37,966 bases of DNA, from positions 1 to 37,966 of the IMG/VR virus record IMGVR_UViG_3300045988_135835; one strand, given 5' to 3'. Below are positions 15,936-27,000 of this stretch, piece by piece. Source of the DNA: a virus. The position numbers and the translations under genes were made by a program. How positions within the stretch are numbered: position 1 is the first letter of the stretch; each line of letters begins with the position of its first letter. Below the pieces are notes generated by a model. It was not told the DNA's origin. It saw nothing but the letters and a program-made list of their open reading frames with translations, and did no database searches.

Positions 15936-16352
15936 ATGAACGAAGATGATGCAGTAAAAAGAGCACTCGAAGATGCTCAAAAGGAAGAAATATCAGAAGA
16001 GCAAAGAGAACAAATAAAAAAAGAAATAAACAAAGAAAAAAATAGATTAAAGAAATTATACAAAGACTTACCAGAAAACCAAAAGAAGCTAGCAGAGAAA
16101 ATTATAGAAAATGCAGCCTTTATAGCTGTCCAATTAAGATTAATGCAAGAAGATATAAAAGAAAACGGCATTAAAGAGTTTTACATGAATGGAAAAGGAC
16201 AATTTGGATACAAAGAAAGCGTAGCATCTAAAACATATAATGTAAGCATAAAAAATTATATGAACATTATAAAACAACTAAATGATATGCTTCCAGAGGA
16301 AAAACAAATTAGCGAGGATGATGAATTTGAAAGATTCAATGATTTAACATGA
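15936..16352 (+). CDS. terS: Terminase small subunit (P27-like)
   Basis: Position directly before TerL. Helical protein with NAAFIAVQLRLMQEDIKENGI...YKESVASKTYNVSIKNYMNIIKQLNDMLP. Confidence 0.75.
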   Translation: MNEDDAVKRALEDAQKEEISEEQREQIKKEINKEKNRLKKLYKDLPENQKKLAEKIIENAAFIAVQLRLMQEDIKENGIKEFYMNGKGQFGYKESVASKTYNVSIKNYMNIIKQLNDMLPEEKQISEDDEFERFNDLT

Positions 16353-18052
16353 TTACATATACAGAAGAATACTATCAATTTTTATTAAAAAATCCAATTA
16401 AAGCTTCTAACAAAGTTTTAGCAGTATATAAGAAACTTGTACAAGATTTATACAATCCTAAACAAGTTTCTTTTTTTAATGAAATAACAGAGGAAGAAGA
16501 AACACATACTTATGTATTTGATATTAATAAAGCTAATAGACCAATTAATTTCATCGAAAAATTCTGTAAACATTCTAAAGGAAAATGGGCAGGAAAGCCT
16601 GTTATATTAGAATTGTGGCAAAAAGCATTTATTCAAGCATTATTTGGATTTGTAGATAAAGAAACTGGTCTAAGAAAGTACAAAAAAGGAATTTTATTTG
16701 TAGGAAGAAAAAATGGAAAATCTACTATAGACGCAGGATTAGGAACTTATATGCTTACTTCTGCTGGAGAAGGTGGAGCAGAAATATATTCTGTAGCTAC
16801 CAAGAAAGACCAAGCAAAAGTTGTTTGGGAAGAAGCTAAAAGAATGATAAAGAAAAGCCCAGTGCTAGCTAAAAGAATAAGAACGCTAGTAAATGGGCTT
16901 TTTTATGATGCAACTGAAAGTTTCTTTAAAGCATTAGCTAGTGATTCTAATTCACTAGATGGATTAAATGCTTTTTTTGTAATTGGAGATGAAATTCACG
17001 CTTGGAAAGATAAAAACTTGCTAGATGTTATGTATGATTCAATGTCTGCAAGAGAAGAACCATTATTTTTGGAAACTTCTACAATGGGACAAATTAGAGA
17101 AAGTGTTTTCGATAATGAATATGAGTATTGTACAGAAGTTATAAATGGATATGAAGGAAAAAGCGATATTGTAGACGAAACAATATTGCCAGTTATTTAT
17201 GAATTAAATAATCCAAATGATTGGCAAAACGAGCTAGCTTGGTATCAGGCGAATCCTGGTCTTGGAACAATTAAGAATATTAAGGACTTACGAGATAAAG
17301 TAAATAGAGCTAAAAATAATCCTAGTGAATTAACAAATTTGTTATGCAAAGATTTTAATATCAGACAAAACGACCAAGACAAATGGATAACATTCGATAT
17401 TGCGAATAATGAAGAAACTTATAAAATAGAGGAATTATTTGATACTTATGCAATTGGAGGAGTTGACTTATCAAGCACTACAGATTTGACATGTGCAACT
17501 TTATTAATTGTAAAGCATAACAAGAAATATGTAATACAACAATATTTTATTCCAAGCGAAAGATTAGAATTTAAAATAAAAGACGACAAAATCCCATACG
17601 ATAAATGGGAGAAAAGAGGTCTAGTAACAATATGTGAAGGTGCTAAAGTAAATTATACTGATGTAACACAATGGTTTTTGAGAATGAATGAAGAATATAA
17701 GATATCAGCAATGTGGATTGGATATGATCCATGGAATACTCAATATTGGGTTGAAGAAATGAAAAATTATGGATTCGAAATGTTTGAAGTTAGACAAGGA
17801 GCAAAGACGATGAGTAATCCTATGAAACAGCTTGAAGCAGATTTAATAGAAAAGAAAGTAAATTATAATAACAATCCGATTTTGAAATGGTGCTTATGTA
17901 ATACAGCAGTAAAAAGAGATGAAAACGACAATATAAGACCTGTCAAAGGACAAAAACAAAGACAAAGGATTGATGGTACAGTAAGTTTAATAATAGCTTA
18001 CTGCGTTTTATATGAAAAAATGAATGACTATTTAGTTTTACAGGAGGAATAA
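16349..18052 (+). CDS. terL: Terminase large subunit
   Basis: FVGRKNGKSTIDAGLGTYML (ATPase), VIGDEIHAWKD, VGGVDLSSTTDLT nuclease motif. Confidence 0.95.
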   Translation: MITYTEEYYQFLLKNPIKASNKVLAVYKKLVQDLYNPKQVSFFNEITEEEETHTYVFDINKANRPINFIEKFCKHSKGKWAGKPVILELWQKAFIQALFGFVDKETGLRKYKKGILFVGRKNGKSTIDAGLGTYMLTSAGEGGAEIYSVATKKDQAKVVWEEAKRMIKKSPVLAKRIRTLVNGLFYDATESFFKALASDSNSLDGLNAFFVIGDEIHAWKDKNLLDVMYDSMSAREEPLFLETSTMGQIRESVFDNEYEYCTEVINGYEGKSDIVDETILPVIYELNNPNDWQNELAWYQANPGLGTIKNIKDLRDKVNRAKNNPSELTNLLCKDFNIRQNDQDKWITFDIANNEETYKIEELFDTYAIGGVDLSSTTDLTCATLLIVKHNKKYVIQQYFIPSERLEFKIKDDKIPYDKWEKRGLVTICEGAKVNYTDVTQWFLRMNEEYKISAMWIGYDPWNTQYWVEEMKNYGFEMFEVRQGAKTMSNPMKQLEADLIEKKVNYNNNPILKWCLCNTAVKRDENDNIRPVKGQKQRQRIDGTVSLIIAYCVLYEKMNDYLVLQEE

Positions 18053-18053
18053 T

Positions 18054-19262
18054 ATGAAGAAAAAAAGAAGAAGCTTATTTGAGCTTATCTTTAATATAAA
18101 AGAACAAAAACAAGACATGATACAACCACAATATAAAATGCTGAATAGTTATGAAGCACAATTCACTACATTGAGTGGTGATACATATGACAGTAAATGT
18201 GCTAGACAATGTATTGATAGAATTGCTACTCATGCTGCTAAACTTATACCAAAGCATATAAAAGGAAGCATAAGCAACAACATTAAAGGAGATATTAATT
18301 ATTTACTAAGTGTACAACCAAATCCTTTAATGGATACTTACAATTTTATTTACAAAACTGTTTCAATTTTAGAGAACGATAACAATGCTTTTGTTTATAT
18401 AGCTAGAGATGAAACAGATTTTATAACAGGATTTTATCCAATTTTAGCACAAAACTATTTCTTATTTGAAGATGCTACAGGTAATCTATTTCTAAAATTC
18501 AAATTTATCAATGGACAAGAATATTTTTTATTATATACAGACTTAATACATTTAAGAAAATTTTATAATAAGCATGATATTTTTGGAACAAACAATAAAG
18601 TATTACAAACTGATTTAGAAACAGCACATACTGCAAACGAAGGAATAAGTAATGCGATAAAGACTACTGCTAATTTAAAAGGAATATTAAAATATAATGC
18701 TGTATTAAAACAAAAAGATATAGAAGAAAGTAAAAATGCTTTTGTTAGGGATTTCTTAAATCTAGAAAACGAAAGTGGAATTGCTGCAATGGACTCTAAA
18801 GCAGAATTTCAAGAAATAAATATGCAACCAATTACATTAGATAGTGAACAGCTAAAGCAAGTTAATTACAACATTTTTGATTATTATGGAATTTCTGAAA
18901 GCATAATAAGAAACGATTATACTTTCGAACAATGGAATGCTTTCTACGAAGGTGTAATTGAACCACTTGCAATGCAATTAAGCAATGTTTTCACTATTAA
19001 AATATTTAATAAAGAAAGTATAAAAAGAGGAAATAAAATAGTATTTACTGCAAATAGATTACAATATGCAAGTTTGACAGATAAGACAAACTTATTAAAA
19101 GTTGTAATACCAGCAGGTGTAATTAAGACAGATGAAATTAGAGAGGTATTAGACTTTGCACCTCTTGGAGGAGAAGAAGGAGAAAGAATAGTACAATCTC
19201 TAAACAATATAGATAAAGAAATAGCTAACGAATACCAAGGAGGAAAAAACAATGGAAAATAA
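18054..19262 (+). CDS. HK97-family portal protein
   Basis: Position between TerL and protease; YYGISESIIRNDYTFEQWNAFYEGVIEPLAMQLSNVF. Confidence 0.93.
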   Translation: MKKKRRSLFELIFNIKEQKQDMIQPQYKMLNSYEAQFTTLSGDTYDSKCARQCIDRIATHAAKLIPKHIKGSISNNIKGDINYLLSVQPNPLMDTYNFIYKTVSILENDNNAFVYIARDETDFITGFYPILAQNYFLFEDATGNLFLKFKFINGQEYFLLYTDLIHLRKFYNKHDIFGTNNKVLQTDLETAHTANEGISNAIKTTANLKGILKYNAVLKQKDIEESKNAFVRDFLNLENESGIAAMDSKAEFQEINMQPITLDSEQLKQVNYNIFDYYGISESIIRNDYTFEQWNAFYEGVIEPLAMQLSNVFTIKIFNKESIKRGNKIVFTANRLQYASLTDKTNLLKVVIPAGVIKTDEIREVLDFAPLGGEEGERIVQSLNNIDKEIANEYQGGKNNGK

Positions 19263-19833
19263 ATATTATGGTTTAGCTAATTTACGTGCATTAGAAGATA
19301 ATAATAAGCAAATGATATTAGAAGGCTACGCAATTAAATTTAATCAACCAACACAGCCAAAATTTAAAGAATTATATGGATATACAGAAATAATAAGCCC
19401 TAGAGCATTAGATGACACTGATTTGTCTGATGTACCACTTAAATACAATCATTCTGATGGAAAGGTAATATTAGCAAGAACAAGAGGAGGTACATTAAAT
19501 CTTATTAAAGATGAAATAGGATTAAAAGTACTAGCAGTTTTAAATAGAAATATACCAGATCATGTATCTGTTTATGAAGCAGTAAAAAGCAAATTAATAG
19601 ATAAGATGAGCTTTGGATTTTTTGCTGATGAAGATATGAACTCTTATGATGCAGAAAGTAGAACAATAACTGTTAATAGAATTACAGCATTAACAGATGT
19701 ATCTGTTGTAGATATTCCTGCGTACGATTCTACAGAAGTGTATGCAAGAAATTTAAAATCTTTAGAAAATATGGATAAATCTAAAGAATTAGAAATTAAG
19801 AAAAGAAAATTAAAAGTTTTACTAAGTTTATAA
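19252..19833 (+). CDS. HK97-family prohead protease
   Basis: ILEGYAIKFNQPT...DVPLKYNHS...SVYEAVKSKLIDKMSFGF...ALTDVSVVDIPAYDSTEVYAR. Confidence 0.93.
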   Translation: MENKYYGLANLRALEDNNKQMILEGYAIKFNQPTQPKFKELYGYTEIISPRALDDTDLSDVPLKYNHSDGKVILARTRGGTLNLIKDEIGLKVLAVLNRNIPDHVSVYEAVKSKLIDKMSFGFFADEDMNSYDAESRTITVNRITALTDVSVVDIPAYDSTEVYARNLKSLENMDKSKELEIKKRKLKVLLSL

Positions 19834-19844
19834 TACCGAAAGAG

Positions 19845-19867
19845 GCTAGCTGGAGAGCTAGCTTTTT
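19845..19867 (+). terminator. Hairpin 1 with GGAG loop and T tract between protease and capsid genes
   Basis: GCTAGCT-GGAG-AGCTAGC-TTTTT. Confidence 0.65.
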
Positions 19868-19900
19868 CTGACTGGAGAGGAAGATAGGATTTTATATAAA

Positions 19901-19916
19901 ACAGCTGGAGAGCTGT
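19901..19916 (+). promoter_or_regulatory. Hairpin 2 with GGAG loop upstream of the capsid gene
   Basis: ACAGCT-GGAG-AGCTGT followed by CATTTTTTATTTT. Confidence 0.6.
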
Positions 19917-19940
19917 CATTTTTTATTTTAGGAGGAAGTT

Positions 19941-21155
19941 ATGAGCAAAGAAGAAATACTAAAAAGAAAAGAAGAATTAAGACAATTATTAAATGAAGCC
20001 AAAACAGAAGAAGAAATAAACGAAATTGAAAAAGAGGCTAAAAAACTAGAAGAAATCGAAGAAAAACAAAAAGAAGATATCACAAAAGAAGAAGAAAGAC
20101 AGTTACTAACAAAAAGTACATTAAGTCAATTAAAAAAAGATACTGAAAATTTAGAAAAAAGAAGTCTAAAAGTTAGAGAGGATGGAGAACCAATGGAAAA
20201 AGAACAAAAAAGAACATTAGCACAAGTTTTAGAAAGTTCAGAATATAGAACAGCATGGGCTAAAAAATTAATGGGAAGACCAGAAAAAGATTTTACAGAA
20301 GAAGAAAAGAGAGCATTAGGAGATGCAATCACAACAACTGATACAGAATTTGTTGCTTCTGCTGCTGAAACACAAGGAATTAACAATGGTGGACTATTTA
20401 TTCCAAAATCTGTAAGAAGTGACATTATGGAAATTATAACAGATTCAAGCCCAATTTATAGAGATGTAAGAAAATTAAATGTAGCAGGAAATATTGAATT
20501 ACCATATTTAGATGAAGCTGATGATGCTGAATGGTATACAGAGCTTAAAGAAACAAAAAATGAAGGACAAAAATATGGTAACTTACAATTAACTGGCTGG
20601 GAACTAGCTAAAGATGTTGAAATTACATGGAAATTAGAACAAATGGCAGTAGATAGCTTTATTCCATTTATTGTTGAAGAATTAGCAGCAAAAATGGGTA
20701 TAGCTTTAGTAAATGCTATTATCTATGGAGATGGAGTAAATAAACCAAAAGGGATCACAAAAGATTTAACACCAATAAAAGAAGGAGAAACACCAATAGA
20801 TAGAATAATTGCTGCATACAAATCTTTATCAACAGAGGCTAGAAGAGGAGCAAAAACATATATTTCTACAAATGTAAATATAGATATTTGTGGATACAAA
20901 GATAACAATGGAAATTATCCATTCTTACAAGGTCTTGCAACAAATAAATTAACTCCTGTTGAAGTAGACCCATACTTAAAAGATGATGACATAATCTCTG
21001 GAAACATGAGAAACTACATATTAAACGAAGTTACACCAGTTAGAGTAGATAAAGAAACAAAGATAAAACCAAGAAGAATCGTTTATGGAGGATATGCAAT
21101 ATATGATGGTGTAGCAAGACCAGATTATTTTGCATATAGCCAAAAAGCAGAATAG
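19941..21155 (+). CDS. HK97-family major capsid protein with N-terminal scaffold-like coiled coil
   Basis: N-terminal Glu/Lys-rich coiled coil, then NGGLFIPKSVRSDIMEIITDSSPIYRDVRKLNV...GDGVNKPKGI... Confidence 0.95.
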   Translation: MSKEEILKRKEELRQLLNEAKTEEEINEIEKEAKKLEEIEEKQKEDITKEEERQLLTKSTLSQLKKDTENLEKRSLKVREDGEPMEKEQKRTLAQVLESSEYRTAWAKKLMGRPEKDFTEEEKRALGDAITTTDTEFVASAAETQGINNGGLFIPKSVRSDIMEIITDSSPIYRDVRKLNVAGNIELPYLDEADDAEWYTELKETKNEGQKYGNLQLTGWELAKDVEITWKLEQMAVDSFIPFIVEELAAKMGIALVNAIIYGDGVNKPKGITKDLTPIKEGETPIDRIIAAYKSLSTEARRGAKTYISTNVNIDICGYKDNNGNYPFLQGLATNKLTPVEVDPYLKDDDIISGNMRNYILNEVTPVRVDKETKIKPRRIVYGGYAIYDGVARPDYFAYSQKAE

Positions 21156-21166
21156 GAGGAAACTAA

Positions 21167-21562
21167 ATGGATACTAAAGTAAAATTTTTAAAACAATTAG
21201 CACTAAAAGTGACATCTGCAACTTCTGAAGATGAAGTTGCAGGCGAAACAGTGTGTGAAGTATTAGATTATATAGTAAAGAATTATAAAGAAGGTGCTGG
21301 CAGTCAAGGACCTGCTGGACCTCAAGGCGAAAAAGGTGAAAAAGGCGATACAGGTGAACAAGGCCCAAAAGGTGAAAAAGGCGATACAGGTGAACAAGGC
21401 CCAAAAGGTGAAAAAGGAGATACTGGAGCGGCAGGTAAAGATGGAAAAAGTGTAACAGCTATAGCTTTAACCACAGATGAAACAGGAAAAGTAACAGGAG
21501 GAACAGTAACATTTTCTGACGAGAGTACATCTGCAATAACTGTTACACAAACAGGAGTTTAG
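21167..21562 (+). CDS. Collagen-like repeat protein adjacent to the capsid gene, possible head decoration
   Basis: GPAGPQGEKGEKGDTGEQGPKGEKGDTGEQGPKGEKGDTGAAGKDG. Confidence 0.85.
   Translation: MDTKVKFLKQLALKVTSATSEDEVAGETVCEVLDYIVKNYKEGAGSQGPAGPQGEKGEKGDTGEQGPKGEKGDTGEQGPKGEKGDTGAAGKDGKSVTAIALTTDETGKVTGGTVTFSDESTSAITVTQTGV
21335..21406 (+). repeat. Two identical tandem 36-bp units encoding collagen-like Gly-X-Y repeats
   Basis: GGTGAAAAAGGCGATACAGGTGAACAAGGCCCAAAA twice, then a partial third. Confidence 0.92.
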
Positions 21563-21573
21563 GAGAAAAATAA

Positions 21574-21867
21574 ATGGACAAACTACTAAAACTAGCAAAA
21601 CAATCTTTAAGCCTAGTTGAAACTGCAACAGCTAAAGATGAAGAAATAAAAATGTGGATAAATGCAGGAATAGCAGATCTAGAAAGGCAAGGTATCAACA
21701 TTAAAAAAGATAACAGCTTAATAGATTCTGCTATTATTATGTTTGTAAAGGCTAATTTTGGCAATGTAGACATTAAAGACAAAGAGTCTGCACAGAAAGT
21801 ATATAACTATCTCTGTGCTAATTTAGGTTTATCGATAGACTATAAGGTGGTTGATAAAGATGCATGA
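21574..21867 (+). CDS. Head-tail connector (gp6-like)
   Basis: Position after MCP; MWINAGIADLERQGI..IDSAIIMFVKANFG. Confidence 0.75.
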   Translation: MDKLLKLAKQSLSLVETATAKDEEIKMWINAGIADLERQGINIKKDNSLIDSAIIMFVKANFGNVDIKDKESAQKVYNYLCANLGLSIDYKVVDKDA

Positions 21868-22165
21868 TGTTGAATGTATTTTACTATCTAAAGAAATTGT
21901 ACAAGATGAAATAGGTGTAGAAAAAGAAATAACAAAAGAAAGCCCTGTACCAATTATAAAGAATGAAGAAATATATGCTAAAGAATATTATGTAGCCAAC
22001 CAATCTGGATACAAACCAACCTTAAGATTAAAAATAAGTGCTTTAAATTACGAAGGACAGCAAGAACTCAAATATATGGGAATTATCTACACTATCATAA
22101 GAGCAACAGAACCTTACGCAGATGAAGTAACTTTGATTTGTGAAAGGAAGATAAAAAATGTCTAA
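21860..22165 (+). CDS. Head-closure / head-tail adaptor protein
   Basis: Position; short beta-rich protein ending YTIIRATEPYADEVTLICERKI. ORF opens at 21851; 21860 is an alternative ATG. Confidence 0.65.
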   Translation: MHDVECILLSKEIVQDEIGVEKEITKESPVPIIKNEEIYAKEYYVANQSGYKPTLRLKISALNYEGQQELKYMGIIYTIIRATEPYADEVTLICERKIKNV

Positions 22166-22547
22166 AAGCATATCTGGAGAAATGTTAAGCAAAGAAATAA
22201 TGAAAGCATTAGAAGGATATGCAGATGATATATCAGATATTGTAGAAAAAGACGCAAATGAAGTAGCAAAAGAAGCCTTAGTTGCAATAAAGCAAGAGTC
22301 TCCAAAAGGCTCAACAGGAGAGTATTCTAAAGGCTGGAAAATTAAAAAAATAAAAAAAGTGAAAAATATGTACTCGGTTAAATTATACAACAAAGAACAT
22401 TACCAACTTACTCATATACTAGAGTTTGGACATACTACAGCAGATGGAGGACATACAGAAGCACAACCACACATAAGACCAATTGAAGAAGAATATGGAA
22501 AAAAGTTTGAAGACAAATTAAGAAAAGATATAGGAGGCTTAAAATGA
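22158..22547 (+). CDS. HK97 gp10-like neck protein
   Basis: GSTGEYSKGWKIKK...YNKEHYQLTHILEFGHTTADGG...AQPHIRPIEEE. Confidence 0.85.
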   Translation: MSKSISGEMLSKEIMKALEGYADDISDIVEKDANEVAKEALVAIKQESPKGSTGEYSKGWKIKKIKKVKNMYSVKLYNKEHYQLTHILEFGHTTADGGHTEAQPHIRPIEEEYGKKFEDKLRKDIGGLK

Positions 22548-22861
22548 CATTAGAAGAATTAAAGCAAAGATGTATAGAACAAGGCTTTAAATATGCATAT
22601 GGAAGATTTAAAAAATCTACACAGCCCCCACACTTAGTTGCAATAACAACTGATACAGACAACTTCATGGCAGACAATAAAGTTTATAAGAAGAGACTGC
22701 CAATAAAATTAGATTATACATATATAGACAAGAATATAGAAGAACAAAACAAATTAGAAGATATCATTTTAGCGGATATTCCGTGGAATAAAACAGAAGA
22801 AACTTACTTGAAAGATGAAGACATCTGGCAAGTAAGTTATTTTTTTGAAATTTTAATTTAG
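22544..22861 (+). CDS. Putative tail completion protein
   Basis: Position between gp10-like and major tail protein genes. Confidence 0.6.
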   Translation: MTLEELKQRCIEQGFKYAYGRFKKSTQPPHLVAITTDTDNFMADNKVYKKRLPIKLDYTYIDKNIEEQNKLEDIILADIPWNKTEETYLKDEDIWQVSYFFEILI

Positions 22862-22872
22862 GAGGAATAAAA

Positions 22873-23454
22873 ATGCCAGAAACAAAAAATAAAATATTAT
22901 ATGGTATAGAAAAATGTTATGTAGCATTATTAACAGAAACTGAGGAAGGCATAACATATGGAACACCATTTCCTGTAAAGGGAGCAAGAGGGCTAAATAT
23001 GGATCCACAAGGAGAGTTAACTAAAATATTTGCAGACAATATTGTATATTTTAAAGCAAACTCAAACCAAGGTTATGAAGGAGATTTAGTATTATTAATT
23101 ACTCCTGAGGAATTTTTAACACAAATTCTAGGACAAACAAAAGATACAAATGGAGCTGTATTTGAAAATGCTGACGATAAAATAGCAAGATTTGCGTTAA
23201 TGTTTGAAGGAAAAGGAGACGAAAAGGCTAGAAGATGGGTATTTTATGATTGCACAGCTACTAGACCAAGTAGAGAAAACAATACTCAAGAAGAAAGTGT
23301 AGAAGCTGGTGAAGATACTATGACAATTACTATGTCTCCAAGAACAAGCGACAAAATGGTTAAAGCTTACATTGAACCTTCTGAAGAAAATCAAGATGTA
23401 TATGATACTTTCTTCACAAAGGTATATGAAAAGAATGCAGTTGCAGGAGTATAG
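22873..23454 (+). CDS. Major tail protein
   Basis: NKILYGIEKCYVALLTE..GITYGTPFPVKGARGLNMDPQGE..FADN..; canonical position. Confidence 0.88.
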   Translation: MPETKNKILYGIEKCYVALLTETEEGITYGTPFPVKGARGLNMDPQGELTKIFADNIVYFKANSNQGYEGDLVLLITPEEFLTQILGQTKDTNGAVFENADDKIARFALMFEGKGDEKARRWVFYDCTATRPSRENNTQEESVEAGEDTMTITMSPRTSDKMVKAYIEPSEENQDVYDTFFTKVYEKNAVAGV

Positions 23455-23457
23455 AAT

Positions 23458-24036
23458 ATGCTTATAAAAATAGAGAATAAAGAATATGTAGGTTGTTGCA
23501 ATGCAATGACCTATATTTTTTATAATAAAGTATTTAATCTTAATATTTTTGATGACTTGGACAAAATAAAAGGATGTCTAATAAAATTCAAATTACAAAG
23601 TGGGAATAAAGATGATATAGATAATATGGTCGATATAATACTACGATTAATCTACATTCTTATTTATACAAATAATCAAAATGAAATAAATAGTTTTGAA
23701 AAATGGAAAAAGCAACATGAGCATGAAGTTATAGAGTTAGAAACAATAAATGAAGTAATAGAATTTTTTGTTGATAATTTTTATAGTCAAGAAGTAAAAG
23801 AAGAATTAGATAAAATAAAAGTTTCCAAAAATGAAGATGAACCTATTATTTTTCAAGAGCATACATTTCTAAATCAATGTTTAAATATAGGACTTAACAT
23901 AGAAGATATGACAAAATTGTCATATGTAGATATTTGCAAACTTTTAATAGTAAATATGAATAAAGCCAAAAATCTAAGAAAACCAAAATATAAGATAGCA
24001 ACTACTCAAGATTGGGATGCACTTGCAGCATCATAG
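23458..24036 (+). CDS. Putative tail assembly chaperone
   Basis: Position between major tail protein and tape measure; helical. Confidence 0.65.
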   Translation: MLIKIENKEYVGCCNAMTYIFYNKVFNLNIFDDLDKIKGCLIKFKLQSGNKDDIDNMVDIILRLIYILIYTNNQNEINSFEKWKKQHEHEVIELETINEVIEFFVDNFYSQEVKEELDKIKVSKNEDEPIIFQEHTFLNQCLNIGLNIEDMTKLSYVDICKLLIVNMNKAKNLRKPKYKIATTQDWDALAAS

Positions 24037-24044
24037 GAGGAATT

Positions 24045-27000
24045 ATGCCAGGGAATATAAAAGGAATTATTGTGGAGATTGGAGGAGACACCTCTAAATT
24101 ACAAAAAGCATTAAATAAAGTAAATAGTCAAAGTAATTCTTTAAGTAAAGAGCTTAAAGGAATAAACAGTTTATTAAAATTAGATCCAAAAAATGTAGAA
24201 CTATTAAGTCAGAAACAAGAAATATTAAATCAAAGTATAGATACAACGCAAGATAAATTACAACAATTGCAAAAAATAAAAGAAGAAGCAGATAAAAAAA
24301 TGGCTTCTGGAGGTAAAATTTCTGAAGAAAACTATAGAAACTTACAGAGAGAAATCATATCAACACAGAATAAATTAAATGGACTAACAGACGAATTAAA
24401 ACAATTTAATGCAGAAAATACTCAATTAAGCAAAGCGAGTAAAAAAATCGAAGAATATGGCAATAAAATTTCTAAGGTTAGCGATAAAGTAAATGATTTA
24501 GGAAACAAGGCTTCTGTTGCATCTGGAGCAGTAGTTGCTGGTGGAATAGCTTTAGCAAACAGTGCAATGTCTGTAGAAGATGCAGTTGCAAAATATGTTT
24601 CATCTACAAATACTGCTACAAATGAAACTGAAAAATATAAAACTGTCTTAGAAAACATAAATAAAGCAAATTATGGAGATGGCTACGAAGATATTGCAAA
24701 CTCAATGGCAGCAGTAAAGATGCAGCTAAAAGATATAAATGATGCAGATTTAGAAAGCATTACAGAAAAAGCAATTGCATTAAGAGATTTATTTGGTTAT
24801 GACGTTTCTGAAAGTATAAGAGCTGTTAAAGCGTTAATGGACAACTTTAATATTACTGCAGATGAATCTTTTAATTTAATTGCAGAAGGAAAAAAACAAG
24901 GATTAGATTTTTCAAATGAACTGTTAGACAATGTAAATGAATATTCTGTACAATTTAAAAAATTAGGATTATCTGCAGAAGATATGTTTAATATCTTTAA
25001 AGTAGGTTCTGAAAATGGAGCATTTAACTTAGACAAAATAGGTGATGCAGTTAAAGAATTTTCTATAAGAGCAATAGATGGTTCTAATACGACAGTTGAT
25101 GGTTTTAAAAGAATCGGACTTAATGCAGATGAAATGGCTAAGAAATTTGCAAACGGTGGAGATGTTGCAAAGCAAGCATTTATAGAAGTAGTAAACAGAC
25201 TTGGCAGTATGGACGACAAAGTATCACAAAGTATTGCTGGAGTTGACCTATTTGGTACTATGTGGGAAGACTTGGGGCCAACTGTAATAAGTAGTTTTAG
25301 CAAAATGGATGCAGGAATTTCTAAAAGTAGTAATTCTATGCAAGACTCTATAGATGAATTATATGATACAACAAAGAAAAAAGCAGAAACACAATTAAAA
25401 AGATTACAAAGTTTGGGTGCTGATTTTGGAGAAGAAATGCTACCAGTTCTCGAAAAAATAATTGATAAAGCAGAAGATTTTATTGATTGTTTAGAGGATA
25501 TGAGTGACGAGGAAAAAGAAAATATTGCTAAAATTGCTCTACTAGTAGCTGGTTTTGGACCATTAACAAAAGTTGTAGGAACAGCAGGAAGTGCGGTAGG
25601 AACTATAACTAAAGGCTTGGGAAAATTCAAAGAAGCAATGAATGTTGTTGATACAGGTGTAAAGTCTACTTCTTCAGGTATAAATATATTATCTAATATA
25701 ATTACAGCGTTTAAAAGTCCAGTTGGACTAGCAACGACAGCACTAACTGCACTAGCAGCAGCAACAGTATACGTTATACAAAAAGGAAAAGAATTAGATC
25801 CAGAAGTACAAAAAGCAACAGATAATATCAATAAAATGACTGAAGCATATAACGAATCTAATGATGCTGCGCAACAGCAAATTTCTGCAGGTATAGCACA
25901 GATGGACTATATACAAAGACTAAGAGAAGAGCTGAATCAATTAGTTGATGCGAATGGAAAAGTTAAGGACGGTTACAAAGAAAGAGTAGATTTTATACTT
26001 GGAGAATTAAATGAAGCATTAGGGACAGAATATACTCAAACAGATGGAGTAATACAGAAATATAAAGAACTATCAGACAACATAGACTTATTAATTCAAA
26101 AGAAAAAAGCAGAAGTAATATTAGATGCAAATAAAGATAATTACGTTAATGCTTTAACAGAAAGAACAAAAGCACAATCAGAATATTCAGAAAATTTAAA
26201 TAAACAAATAGAACTGGAAAATGATTTAGTAGATTTAAAAGACAAATTAACTAAAAAAACAGAAGAAATGAATGAGGCTGAAAAAAAAGGACAGACAGGA
26301 GCTTATTCAGCCTATGAAACTGCCAAAAGTCAAGCTCAGTTTTATGAAACACAAATTCAACAAAAACAAAAAGACTTAGATGCTCAAAAGCAGAATGTTC
26401 AAAGTTCATATGAGTTATATAAAAAATATACAGAACTTATAGGAGCAGACGACAAATTACAGACGGCACTTTTAACTAATAATACTGAAACAATAAGACT
26501 AGCATTGCAAGAAAGAACTAATAATATGATACAACAGGCAATGACTGGCAATGAAACTTTGGCACAGCAAATAGAAAAAGAAGGCTTATTATATCAGTCT
26601 GATTTGACGCTAAAACAAGATTATGTTTCAAAAAATCAATTAGAGAATGCAAAATTAGTAGAAGATGATATGGCTGCAGGACAGCAACGACTAGCAAATT
26701 TAACTAATCAACTTGTAGAGGAAACAAATAAAATTACTGAATTAAGTCCAGCACAAGTCGAAGCATGGAAGAGTTTAGCAAATGCATCTTATTTAGAATA
26801 TTCAAATGGTATATCTAAATTATCACCAGATATGCAAACAAAAATACAGGAAGCTACAGGAGTTTTAATTGCAAGTAGACCTGAATTTGCACAACGAGCT
26901 GGAGAAGTAGGAACAGAAGTAGCCAACAATTTTGACAAAAATACTGAAGCAAAAGAAAAGGCTTTAAATACGTTACAAGGGTTTTATGAAGGATTGAGTG

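Noticed and set aside
21335-21406. Regular short repeats suggesting a CRISPR-like array
   Set aside because: Units are tandem without spacers and encode in-frame Gly-X-Y collagen-like repeats. No CRISPR array or cas gene is visible in the window.
23458-24036. Programmed frameshift in the tail assembly chaperone gene
   Set aside because: Such frameshifts are common in siphophages, but I could not identify a convincing slippery heptamer and second-frame extension before the tape measure start at 24045.
24797-25831. 344-aa minus-strand ORF
   Set aside because: It is fully antisense to the tape measure gene with a Ser/Ile/Leu/Phe-rich shadow composition. All neighbouring genes are rightward.
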